This document shows positions 55,328-63,021 of a stretch of 64,000 bases of DNA, piece by piece. The DNA lies in the sequence record NC_061446.1; one strand, 5' to 3'. Below the pieces are notes generated by a model. That model was not told where the DNA came from. It was given only the letters and a program-made list of their open reading frames with translations, and did not search any database. The number at the start of each line of letters is the position of its first letter. The first letter of the stretch is position 1. Position numbers and translations under genes: made by a program.

Positions 55328-55987
55328 CTACTTTTTCTGAGAAACGCGTTTACCGAGCTTCACTCCGATCTGCGTCAGAATGCGTTTAACAGTCTCTCCG
55401 TCATGCTCTTCCATAGCAGCGGCTAAGCGTTCGCCCTGTTCGCGCGATAGCTCAGGCATAACCATTTTAAGCATCTGCGAACGTAGTTTTGCGCTCTTGG
55501 ATTTGCCTTTCGAGACAGACACGCCCTCATTCGCCTTAAGCGCACTGCTAATCGCTTTCTGCACACGACGATCACCAAAAATGTCGCCGAATATGTCACC
55601 GAACAGGTCCTTGAACGACAATCCGCCGCCCATAATGTCGTCTTTCGTGAAACGAACAGGTACACCCAGCGCATTAGTCTTCGCGCAGTGCGTACTTTCA
55701 ACCTGATTTGTTGTGCGTCCACCAGCACGGAAGTTCTCGTCAGGACGTGATGCCTTGCCCTCTGCGCCCGGCTTAGTGTTGCCGTTGCGCAAATCTGGAT
55801 CGCCTTCAACCTGTTTGTTTTGATCAAACATATCGTCGGCAGTTTCGCTTTGATTTGGGTCGAACGGGATCTTACCTGTCAGCTTGTTTGGATCTGGCCA
55901 GCTATCAGGAATATCAGACGCAGGCTGTGCCTTGTTCGTCATATCACCGTTTGCTTCACCACTCAAACTGATCTTAATACGAGTCAT
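55328..55987 (-). CDS. Hypothetical protein with N-terminal IKISLSG
   Basis: 219 aa, AGGAG RBS. Confidence 0.7.
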   Translation of the reverse strand: MTRIKISLSGEANGDMTNKAQPASDIPDSWPDPNKLTGKIPFDPNQSETADDMFDQNKQVEGDPDLRNGNTKPGAEGKASRPDENFRAGGRTTNQVESTHCAKTNALGVPVRFTKDDIMGGGLSFKDLFGDIFGDIFGDRRVQKAISSALKANEGVSVSKGKSKSAKLRSQMLKMVMPELSREQGERLAAAMEEHDGETVKRILTQIGVKLGKRVSQKK

Positions 55988-55996
55988 TTGAATCTC

Positions 55997-57106
55997 CTAT
56001 CGAATTTTATAGCCTTTGAAAATGTTATACGCAATCTCTTTGCGCTGTACGGGACGAGTGACGCACACCCATTCCCACTGATCGTTTTTCGCTGTGCGTT
56101 TCTTCGGTGCTTCCATAACTTTCAGCACGTAGTTTTTGAAAGGCAGAACGAGAATGTCTTCCGGCTCAATTGCACCGCTGCGAGCAGGCAGAACTACCGT
56201 GATGTTACCAACAGTCAGTTCCTGATCGTAGTTCAGCACGTTTGCTTCTTCGCTGATGTTGCCTTTAACAGGCGGAACACCCAAGTCAAAGATCATGGTG
56301 CAGTGCGTGAAAGCCTCAATGCCTTTGACGCGAATCGTTACATGCTTACCGCGCCAGCGCTCCAGATTCTCTGCTGTCAGATCGACTTCAACGCCGTTCA
56401 CTAGCAGCATAGGACGTGGGAAAGCAGGAAGCAGAGTTTCATTCAGACGTACCGAATAAGTCGCCTGCGTAAAGTATTTTGGAATAAGCTGATCAAAATC
56501 AGCGTAGCCGTCTTTACGTACCTGTCTGAATGTTGCAGGGCTGGTGGACTGATCAAGAGTATAGCCCGCCAGCTCTTTAATGTGATGGTGCGTAGCGATG
56601 TTGTATACAAAGCCAGTGCTGATAAAGCCCGGCACAACACCCTGACGGAAACAGATACCGCAGTTCGCAACGTTGCCGCCGTCCCATTTGACGTCGAACT
56701 CCTCACCAGAGTCTACGCCCATAATATCGGCTGCGTCCATAACGGCGTTCATGCCATCATCAATATCGTCGAGGGTTACTGCCTGGCGTCCACCGCCAAA
56801 CATGCCTTTGCCTACGGTATCGATCTTAACGCCGCCTGACATTGAATCAGATTCTCGTCCAAGACTTTTCATGCCTGCCGGAATATTGTCCATAATGTCG
56901 TTCTCAACCTTGTTGCAGCTACAGGTGAGACCCATCTTCGCTTTCTTGAAGATGACAATATCGGTGGCGTCAACCGCAAGCGCCTGTTCGACTTTGGATT
57001 GCACGACCTTCTGAATACTGTCGAGGCGTTGCTGGACACGTTCAGTTTCGTAGGTCTTGTGCCTGTCATAGGTATTTCGTGGTCTCCCACGTTCAATCCA
57101 GCTCAT
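55997..57106 (-). CDS. Putative head-completion/neck protein
   Basis: CSC...CGICFRQG...GF Cys pattern and C-terminal EPEDILV...NYVLKV; CTAATTT motif upstream; function is inferred. Confidence 0.5.
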   Translation of the reverse strand: MSWIERGRPRNTYDRHKTYETERVQQRLDSIQKVVQSKVEQALAVDATDIVIFKKAKMGLTCSCNKVENDIMDNIPAGMKSLGRESDSMSGGVKIDTVGKGMFGGGRQAVTLDDIDDGMNAVMDAADIMGVDSGEEFDVKWDGGNVANCGICFRQGVVPGFISTGFVYNIATHHHIKELAGYTLDQSTSPATFRQVRKDGYADFDQLIPKYFTQATYSVRLNETLLPAFPRPMLLVNGVEVDLTAENLERWRGKHVTIRVKGIEAFTHCTMIFDLGVPPVKGNISEEANVLNYDQELTVGNITVVLPARSGAIEPEDILVLPFKNYVLKVMEAPKKRTAKNDQWEWVCVTRPVQRKEIAYNIFKGYKIR

Positions 57107-57129
57107 AAAAGTTCTCCTCTGTGTGCTTG

Positions 57130-57136
57130 AAATTAG
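57130..57136 (-). promoter_or_regulatory. Class 2 motif CTAATTT
   Basis: Intergenic, upstream of 57106. Confidence 0.55.
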
Positions 57137-57205
57137 TGACTAAGAATTTAGGACCTTCTGCCTAGCAAATACTTATTTATAGTATGTTAAATCACGGAGC
57201 CTAAC

Positions 57206-57754
57206 ATGCGTATTCTCTCAGGCGACCCGGGAAAAGTTAACTTCGCGTTGTCTGTTACTGAATTTACGGACAATCGCATTAACATACTCGGTACGCGGAT
57301 GTTTCAACATCCAATCCAGAACCTGCATTACGATATGCGCCAGCCGGTCAAAGAGTTCATGAAGGAGCTCGAAGACATATGGAAGCGCTATGGACCGTTT
57401 GATGCGATGTGCTTTGAACGATTCCAGTCACGCGGATTAGGCGGCAACACCATTGAAGCAATCAGTCTGATGCTTGGTGTGCTGTCCATGTTCGCGCTGA
57501 AAAAGAATTGCCCGATCGATTTGATTACGGCCAGTCAGTGGAAGAACGCGTTTAACCGCACTATGGACCTCAAGGGTTATTACGCGGAATACAATCTGAC
57601 TTCGAAAAAGAGCCGCAAAGCGATTCACGAATTTGACGCAAGCCTTATTGGCATGTATACCTTCTACCGCCAGACGAACCGGAAACCTTTTGTGGGCTTC
57701 AACAGAATCGTTGACGTTTACGTTCCGAAGTTCTTGGCAGCACCTGTACTGTGA
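57206..57754 (+). CDS. ruvC: RuvC-like Holliday junction resolvase
   Basis: ILSGDPG, FERFQSRG, ASQWK and HEFDA carboxylate motifs. Confidence 0.8.
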   Translation: MRILSGDPGKVNFALSVTEFTDNRINILGTRMFQHPIQNLHYDMRQPVKEFMKELEDIWKRYGPFDAMCFERFQSRGLGGNTIEAISLMLGVLSMFALKKNCPIDLITASQWKNAFNRTMDLKGYYAEYNLTSKKSRKAIHEFDASLIGMYTFYRQTNRKPFVGFNRIVDVYVPKFLAAPVL

Positions 57755-57761
57755 GGCAAAC

Positions 57762-58127
57762 ATGGAACACGAACAACTGCTCGCTCTCGTTAAAGATGTA
57801 GTGTCTGAATTTGGCACTCCTGTATACCTCGATCGTGGTCAGGTTGGCGAGAACAGCCGCACGTATGCCACTATCGAAACTCTGATCAACGTTCAGTCCG
57901 ACGCGCAAGGCACGACGCTGCTGCAAGATCTGAAAGCGAAGATCGCAGAGTATGTTGAACTGCTGCATACCGAAGGTGCAACGCGCTCTATTGACGGAGC
58001 CATTCAGCGTCTGGAACCTGTTACTCAGGGTCAGAAGTTTACCTACCGCGACCCGATGGTAAACGAAATTCCCAACGGTGTGCTGTACTCTGTCTCCATT
58101 GGTTTTCCCATGTTTGTGGCCAATTAA
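57762..58127 (+). CDS. Hypothetical protein
   Basis: Start moved to ATG 57762 (MEHEQ) after GAGG. Confidence 0.7.
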   Translation: MEHEQLLALVKDVVSEFGTPVYLDRGQVGENSRTYATIETLINVQSDAQGTTLLQDLKAKIAEYVELLHTEGATRSIDGAIQRLEPVTQGQKFTYRDPMVNEIPNGVLYSVSIGFPMFVAN

Positions 58128-58128
58128 T

Positions 58129-58137
58129 CTGTAAATA
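58129..58137 (+). promoter_or_regulatory. Class 1 motif CTGTAAATA
   Basis: Exact copy on the plus strand upstream of plus-strand gene 58174, so orientation follows gene direction. Confidence 0.7.
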
Positions 58138-58173
58138 TCCTTACTTGGTTAACATGGCTCGTGGGATATAGAA

Positions 58174-58866
58174 ATGGCGAAGTTGAAGAAAGAACAAAAG
58201 GCAGTTGTGGCTAAAAAACCTGCGAAGGTCAAGAAGTCCAAAGCCGTCAAAACAAATAAAGGAAAAGCAGTAGCTATTCATGTTGTTCAGGACACGCGTC
58301 CGATTGTGCATTGCCCTGAAATGGAAGAAAAGCCTCAACCGTTTCGTTTTCGTGGCCAGTGCCCGATCACAACATGTCAGTATTGCACCCGCGAAACGCC
58401 TAACGGCTGCATGGCGCTTGACCGCAAAGAAGCTGCCGACCGTTCAATCTCTAACAGGGAGATCGCTTATTACAAACGTGGCCTCTTCCCAGAACTCAAA
58501 GAGATGGATCAAAAGCAATTGGACAATACGATTCGACGCGCACAAAATCGTACCCGTACTGCTATCTGTCTTACTATGTTTATTGCCGGGATTGATGATT
58601 CTGATTGCGATAGGTCTTTTGAGTACATAGAAGGCCGCAGTCGCATTGTCGATCAGGTCCATAACTATCTGGTGCAGACGTTCAATGATTACCGTCCGTG
58701 GATGCTGGCGTATCTCGATGACGAAGAACGTTTCTCTCAGATGGTAGGCAAGATAACCAATTCTGACTTTAATTTAGGTATGGCACTGCGGTTAACGCCT
58801 CGTAAGTATCAGACGTTCTGCCAGTCGCTGCAAAACCTTAAACAATCTGGAGACTCAAATGAGTGA
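58174..58866 (+). CDS. Putative Zn-binding, HTH-containing regulator
   Basis: Lys-rich N-terminus, CPITTCQYC...GC, then SISNREIA...TIRRA. Confidence 0.45.
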   Translation: MAKLKKEQKAVVAKKPAKVKKSKAVKTNKGKAVAIHVVQDTRPIVHCPEMEEKPQPFRFRGQCPITTCQYCTRETPNGCMALDRKEAADRSISNREIAYYKRGLFPELKEMDQKQLDNTIRRAQNRTRTAICLTMFIAGIDDSDCDRSFEYIEGRSRIVDQVHNYLVQTFNDYRPWMLAYLDDEERFSQMVGKITNSDFNLGMALRLTPRKYQTFCQSLQNLKQSGDSNE

Positions 58867-60628
58867 AATCTTCTCTCTCGATCAGTATCGCGCTATGATT
58901 AAGCGCAACATCCTGAGCGAGCCTCAGATGCTGGTGAAGAACCAAACCCAACCGCTGGGCCAAATCTCTTTCCAGTGCCCTGGTGACAACTTCAAAATGA
59001 AGGACGTCATCATCCCAGCAACTCGTAACGCTGTTGACCTGACACAACAGGCACCGTTGGAAAATCTGCTGGCGTGTAGCCAACTGAAATCTTTGATTCA
59101 GTTGCAGCGTATCGCACTGCTGAATCCTGACGATATGCCTACGCCTGGCGAAGGTGTTTCTCAGCCTTCCCTGTCTCAGCCGCCTGTCGCTGGTGCGCTG
59201 TCTGTTGACGGTACAACTATCCCGAACGCTGTTGTGATCGTTGAGCAGAACGGTAACGTCTGGACTGGTACTTCTAACGGCAGCGGTGTATTCACTGTTG
59301 ACGTGTCTGGTCTGGAAGAAGGTCCGTTCTCTATCACTGTAACTGCGACCGGTTATACTCCTGCACGTTTCGACTACGAAGCAGGCCCGCAACCACGGCA
59401 ACCAATGCCTGAACCGACTGTACACGCTGTCTTTAAAGAGACGACTGTTTCGGGAACGACTGTTGCGAATGCTAATATCGTTGTGTCTGTGGCAAGCAAA
59501 CAGTTTACCGGTCAGGCAGATGATCAGGGTGCGTTCTCTGTGAACGTTGACCCGCTGCCGTTTGGCACTATCTACCTGACGCTCACTGCCGATGGATATC
59601 TGGACAAGCAGGTTGATGTTGTTGTCGATAGCGTTCCAGGTCTGGCTCAGATTGATGCAACCGCATTCCTGTCTACTGACCTGTCTGGTAAAGCAAACCC
59701 TAACGGTGAAGTCGAAATCATGATCGACGGTCAGTCCAATCAGTTCGCTACTGCTGATGCGCAGGGTAACTGGACTGCAACTGTCGGCGCGATTAAAGGC
59801 GCTGTGTCTATTCGTGCTCTGGAAATTGATGGGTACGACGAAGCGACTGCTACCATGCAACCGACCAAGCGGCAGTTTGGTGCAATCGCTGTTGATGACG
59901 CTGATGCGTTCGGCGAGACCCGTACCGAAGTCACAGGTACTATCGCTGGTCTGAATGCCGAAGCGAATGACATTGCTGTTACGGTAACAGTTCAGGCGGG
60001 CGTGTACGAAGGTACTGTCAATCTGGCTGCTGGCACTTTCAACATCTCTGGTGTTGATGCAAAAGCTGGTGTGGGCTCTACTGGTGTGGTCAACGTTACC
60101 TCTGCGTTCTACGAAGATGGTTCAACGTCGTTCACTATTCTGGAAGAGTTCTCTCCGCCTACGTTGCAGCAAGCACAGGATGGCCAGACTGCTGTAGTCG
60201 GCGATACAGCCGCTTCTACTCAGGTTAAAATCACGATGAACGGCGAAACCAAAACTGCGTCTTCAAATGCGCAGGGTGCGTTCAGCGTTGGCGGCTTCAC
60301 TAACGTTGTCCCAGGTCCGGTCACTATCGAACTGTCTCGCGCTCAGTATCTGACTGCAACCTTCCAGGTCACTCAGGTAGTTCAGGCGCTGGCACAACTC
60401 GACGCTGATCTGAAAGCTGGTGAAGAGACTGTTGCAGGTCAAGCAACTCCTGGCTCCAATGTTACCTTGACGCAGGGTAGCGTTACTGGTGACGCAGTAG
60501 CAGATGCAAGCACTGGTGAGTTCATTATTACGCTGTCCGGCCCTCTGGTTGAAGGTCAGGCTCAGCTTGTAGCGCAACATGCTGGCTATGTTGACTACAC
60601 CGACACCTTAGCTGTCGCGGCAGCTTAA
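58859..60628 (+). CDS. Ig-like repeat virion (decoration-type) protein
   Basis: Repeated V.G.T.A..V.......A(D/N)AQG.F.V units after an N-terminal domain shared with 60681-61334. Confidence 0.75.
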   Translation: MSEIFSLDQYRAMIKRNILSEPQMLVKNQTQPLGQISFQCPGDNFKMKDVIIPATRNAVDLTQQAPLENLLACSQLKSLIQLQRIALLNPDDMPTPGEGVSQPSLSQPPVAGALSVDGTTIPNAVVIVEQNGNVWTGTSNGSGVFTVDVSGLEEGPFSITVTATGYTPARFDYEAGPQPRQPMPEPTVHAVFKETTVSGTTVANANIVVSVASKQFTGQADDQGAFSVNVDPLPFGTIYLTLTADGYLDKQVDVVVDSVPGLAQIDATAFLSTDLSGKANPNGEVEIMIDGQSNQFATADAQGNWTATVGAIKGAVSIRALEIDGYDEATATMQPTKRQFGAIAVDDADAFGETRTEVTGTIAGLNAEANDIAVTVTVQAGVYEGTVNLAAGTFNISGVDAKAGVGSTGVVNVTSAFYEDGSTSFTILEEFSPPTLQQAQDGQTAVVGDTAASTQVKITMNGETKTASSNAQGAFSVGGFTNVVPGPVTIELSRAQYLTATFQVTQVVQALAQLDADLKAGEETVAGQATPGSNVTLTQGSVTGDAVADASTGEFIITLSGPLVEGQAQLVAQHAGYVDYTDTLAVAAA

Positions 60629-60637
60629 TCCTTTTAC

Positions 60638-60653
60638 AGGGGCTTCGGCCCCT
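60638..60653 (+). terminator. Hairpin after the Ig-repeat gene
   Basis: AGGGGC-TTCG-GCCCCT; no T-run on the plus strand. Confidence 0.5.
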
Positions 60654-60680
60654 AATAGAAATGAAATTCGGAGATTTACA

Positions 60681-61334
60681 ATGAGCAAGCAAAAGACTAC
60701 CGTACAGCCGATTACTCTCGCAACCTATAACGAGCGCTACGGCAAAGACACAGTTGCACCGATGTATGTCGCTAACCGTACCGAGCCGCGTGGCAACGTA
60801 ATGTTCAGCGCGAAAGACGATCTCGGCCAGCCAGTGCCTGTACTCGTACCTGCAACTTTCATCCCGATCGATCTGACCCAGCAGGCTACTAAAGACAGCC
60901 TGTTGCAGTCTACTCACCTGCGTCGCGCCCTGACTATGGGCCAGCTGGTTATCATCGACACCAAGAGCGCCGAAGAGTATCTGCGTAACAGCAAGATCGC
61001 TCAGACCGAGATGCGTAATCTGAATAAGATGAACGCGTCTATCGCTGCTGACCTGGGCGAAGAAACTGGCGAACTGGCTGCAATCGATCTGGGCGGCGGC
61101 AGCAAGAAGAAAGAGATCCTGTTCGAAGACGGTGATCAGTATTCTTCCAACCAGTTCGTTAACGCATTCATCATGCGAGCGCAAGAAGACAGCGGCGAGT
61201 CCGACGACAATCTGGAACGTGAATTCCTGTCTCGCGGTCTCGGCCTGCCTGTGTCTGAGCTGAACATTCTGCGCGAGCACATCACTCGTCCGGCAATCGT
61301 TGAGCTGATCGTTCAGGCGCTTGACGACGCGTAA
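60681..61334 (+). CDS. Putative virion protein sharing a domain with 58859-60628
   Basis: V.NRTEPRG...VPAT..PIDLTQQA..DSLL motif. Confidence 0.7.
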   Translation: MSKQKTTVQPITLATYNERYGKDTVAPMYVANRTEPRGNVMFSAKDDLGQPVPVLVPATFIPIDLTQQATKDSLLQSTHLRRALTMGQLVIIDTKSAEEYLRNSKIAQTEMRNLNKMNASIAADLGEETGELAAIDLGGGSKKKEILFEDGDQYSSNQFVNAFIMRAQEDSGESDDNLEREFLSRGLGLPVSELNILREHITRPAIVELIVQALDDA

Positions 61335-61349
61335 TCCAAAGCTACAAAC

Positions 61350-61388
61350 AAAAAAAATGGGAGGCCCCGAAAGGAGTCTCCCATTTTT
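61350..61388. terminator. Bidirectional terminator between convergent genes
   Basis: A-run, ATGGGAG...CTCCCAT stem, T-run. Confidence 0.8.
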
Positions 61389-61389
61389 A

Positions 61390-61560
61390 TTACTGCTGCT
61401 GTTCTCTCATGCGATCAAGAAACGCTTTACCTGCGCCCGGCACAAGCACTCGCGGCTCGAAAGGAATCTTATTGATTCTGCCCTGCATGTTACGGCGAAA
61501 GCGTTCACGTAGTGCCTGAACGGTGTGTTGCTTAAACTGCTTTCTGAATTTCAAAGCCAT
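61390..61560 (-). CDS. Small basic 56-aa protein (not in the ORF track)
   Basis: MALKFRKQFKQHTVQALRERFRRNMQGRINKIPFEPRVLVPGAGKAFLDRMREQQQ; AAGGA RBS, starting one nt after the primase stop. Confidence 0.6.
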   Translation of the reverse strand: MALKFRKQFKQHTVQALRERFRRNMQGRINKIPFEPRVLVPGAGKAFLDRMREQQQ

Positions 61561-61561
61561 T

Positions 61562-62620
61562 CTACTTTCCTTTCTTCTCTATTGCCTTTGGTCTATTCCA
61601 CCCAAGTTCTTTCGCTGGCATGATGCACTTCTTACCGTGAATATCACGCAGCGTCATACGAACTTCTTTGATCAACTTGAATGGTGCGTTGTCGGGGTCG
61701 AGCTTAATCAGCTTACCGTCTTCATCAAACTCACGAGGTAGTTTAAAGTGCTTGACCGGTACTGGTGAGTTACGTTCAAATTCATCTTTGATCTTTGTGC
61801 GCAACAACTTCCCACCACCATCGTTATCTGTCATCGTATAGACAACACTCACGCCAAGCATTTCAATCGTTCTGCGTTTCGTTTCACCAAACTGCTCTGC
61901 ACCGAGAACAGCCAGCGCTGGTATTCCGTATGACAGGAGAGCCAGAGCATCTCGCGGCCCTTCGACAAGAACGATGTATCGCAACTTGTACTTCTTCAAA
62001 CACTCTTTCACAAGCGGCAGAGGGAACAGGCCTTTGTCTTTTGCCCAATCGCCTTGCGAGTTCACATAGCTGGTGCCGTTCATTTGCTTACGCAGATAAG
62101 CTGCAATCCCACCTATGTATTTCGTTCCATGCTTACACGGAAAGAAACAAACGTTTGTGCCTGTGTGCTGTGCATTAAGCAAACCACCAGCAGCACGAAC
62201 AAGCGCACCCGGATAGCCACGCCACTCAACATCGAGCGGCCACTCCATGTATGACTTACGTCCGAGTGCTTTCATCAACAGACCGACAGACGGATAAGTA
62301 CCAATCTTCGAGCCAATCTGATCATACGTTTTAAGCAATGCACTGAGCGAGTTCGTTCCTGCGTCTTTTAACGCCCAGCCTTTGATCTCTTGCAGTCGAG
62401 CATGAGCCGCTAATTTGTTCCAGCCGCCCTTCTCGCCGCAGCCGAAGCAGTGAAAGAATCCGAGTGGTATCTCCATGCCTACAGAAGTGTAAATACCACA
62501 ACTAGGAGTCTTATCACTGTGGAACGGACAGCACACCATAACAGTGTCGCCGTTATATTTCTTCTCGCCCGGCAGTTTACCTATTTCGTCAAGAATTATC
62601 TGATGAACGTCTTCTGCCAT
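61562..62620 (-). CDS. dnaG: DnaG-type DNA primase
   Basis: CHC2 finger CCPFHSDKTPSC...CFGCG; TOPRIM LVEGPRDAL and TDNDGGG. Confidence 0.9.
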   Translation of the reverse strand: MAEDVHQIILDEIGKLPGEKKYNGDTVMVCCPFHSDKTPSCGIYTSVGMEIPLGFFHCFGCGEKGGWNKLAAHARLQEIKGWALKDAGTNSLSALLKTYDQIGSKIGTYPSVGLLMKALGRKSYMEWPLDVEWRGYPGALVRAAGGLLNAQHTGTNVCFFPCKHGTKYIGGIAAYLRKQMNGTSYVNSQGDWAKDKGLFPLPLVKECLKKYKLRYIVLVEGPRDALALLSYGIPALAVLGAEQFGETKRRTIEMLGVSVVYTMTDNDGGGKLLRTKIKDEFERNSPVPVKHFKLPREFDEDGKLIKLDPDNAPFKLIKEVRMTLRDIHGKKCIMPAKELGWNRPKAIEKKGK

Positions 62621-62659
62621 ACCATCCTCTGTCTATTTCGTAATTTACGCATATAAGCA

Positions 62660-62668
62660 TATTTACAG
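62660..62668 (-). promoter_or_regulatory. Class 1 motif CTGTAAATA
   Basis: Exact copy upstream of the primase gene. Confidence 0.7.
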
Positions 62669-62685
62669 ATATAGGGATAACTAGA

Positions 62686-63021
62686 ATGGGTAACCAGCAT
62701 CGTTATGTAGCTTCGGTAGAACGTCGCTTTTATGGACCTCAATGGTTGGCGCTATGCGACCTGATTAAGGTAGAGCCTCAGACGTGTGGTGCGTTCGCAA
62801 AGAACGGTCATATGATGGGCCTGACTCTGCCTAAAGAGTTTGATGTTGAAGCTGCAACAAAGAGCCTGCGCCTTGTCTACTCAGTCAAGGAAGAAGACGT
62901 GGCCGTGCGCTGTTACCTGTTCGGTACTCGCTACTACAAGTTCGTTTTCTTTGAACAAACAATTGCCGTAAGCGAGGATGATTATGAGAACGTTCGCAAA
63001 CGTACCAGCGCGAGTCAATGA
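62686..63021 (+). CDS. Hypothetical protein
   Basis: 111-aa ORF divergent from the primase gene. Confidence 0.65.
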   Translation: MGNQHRYVASVERRFYGPQWLALCDLIKVEPQTCGAFAKNGHMMGLTLPKEFDVEAATKSLRLVYSVKEEDVAVRCYLFGTRYYKFVFFEQTIAVSEDDYENVRKRTSASQ

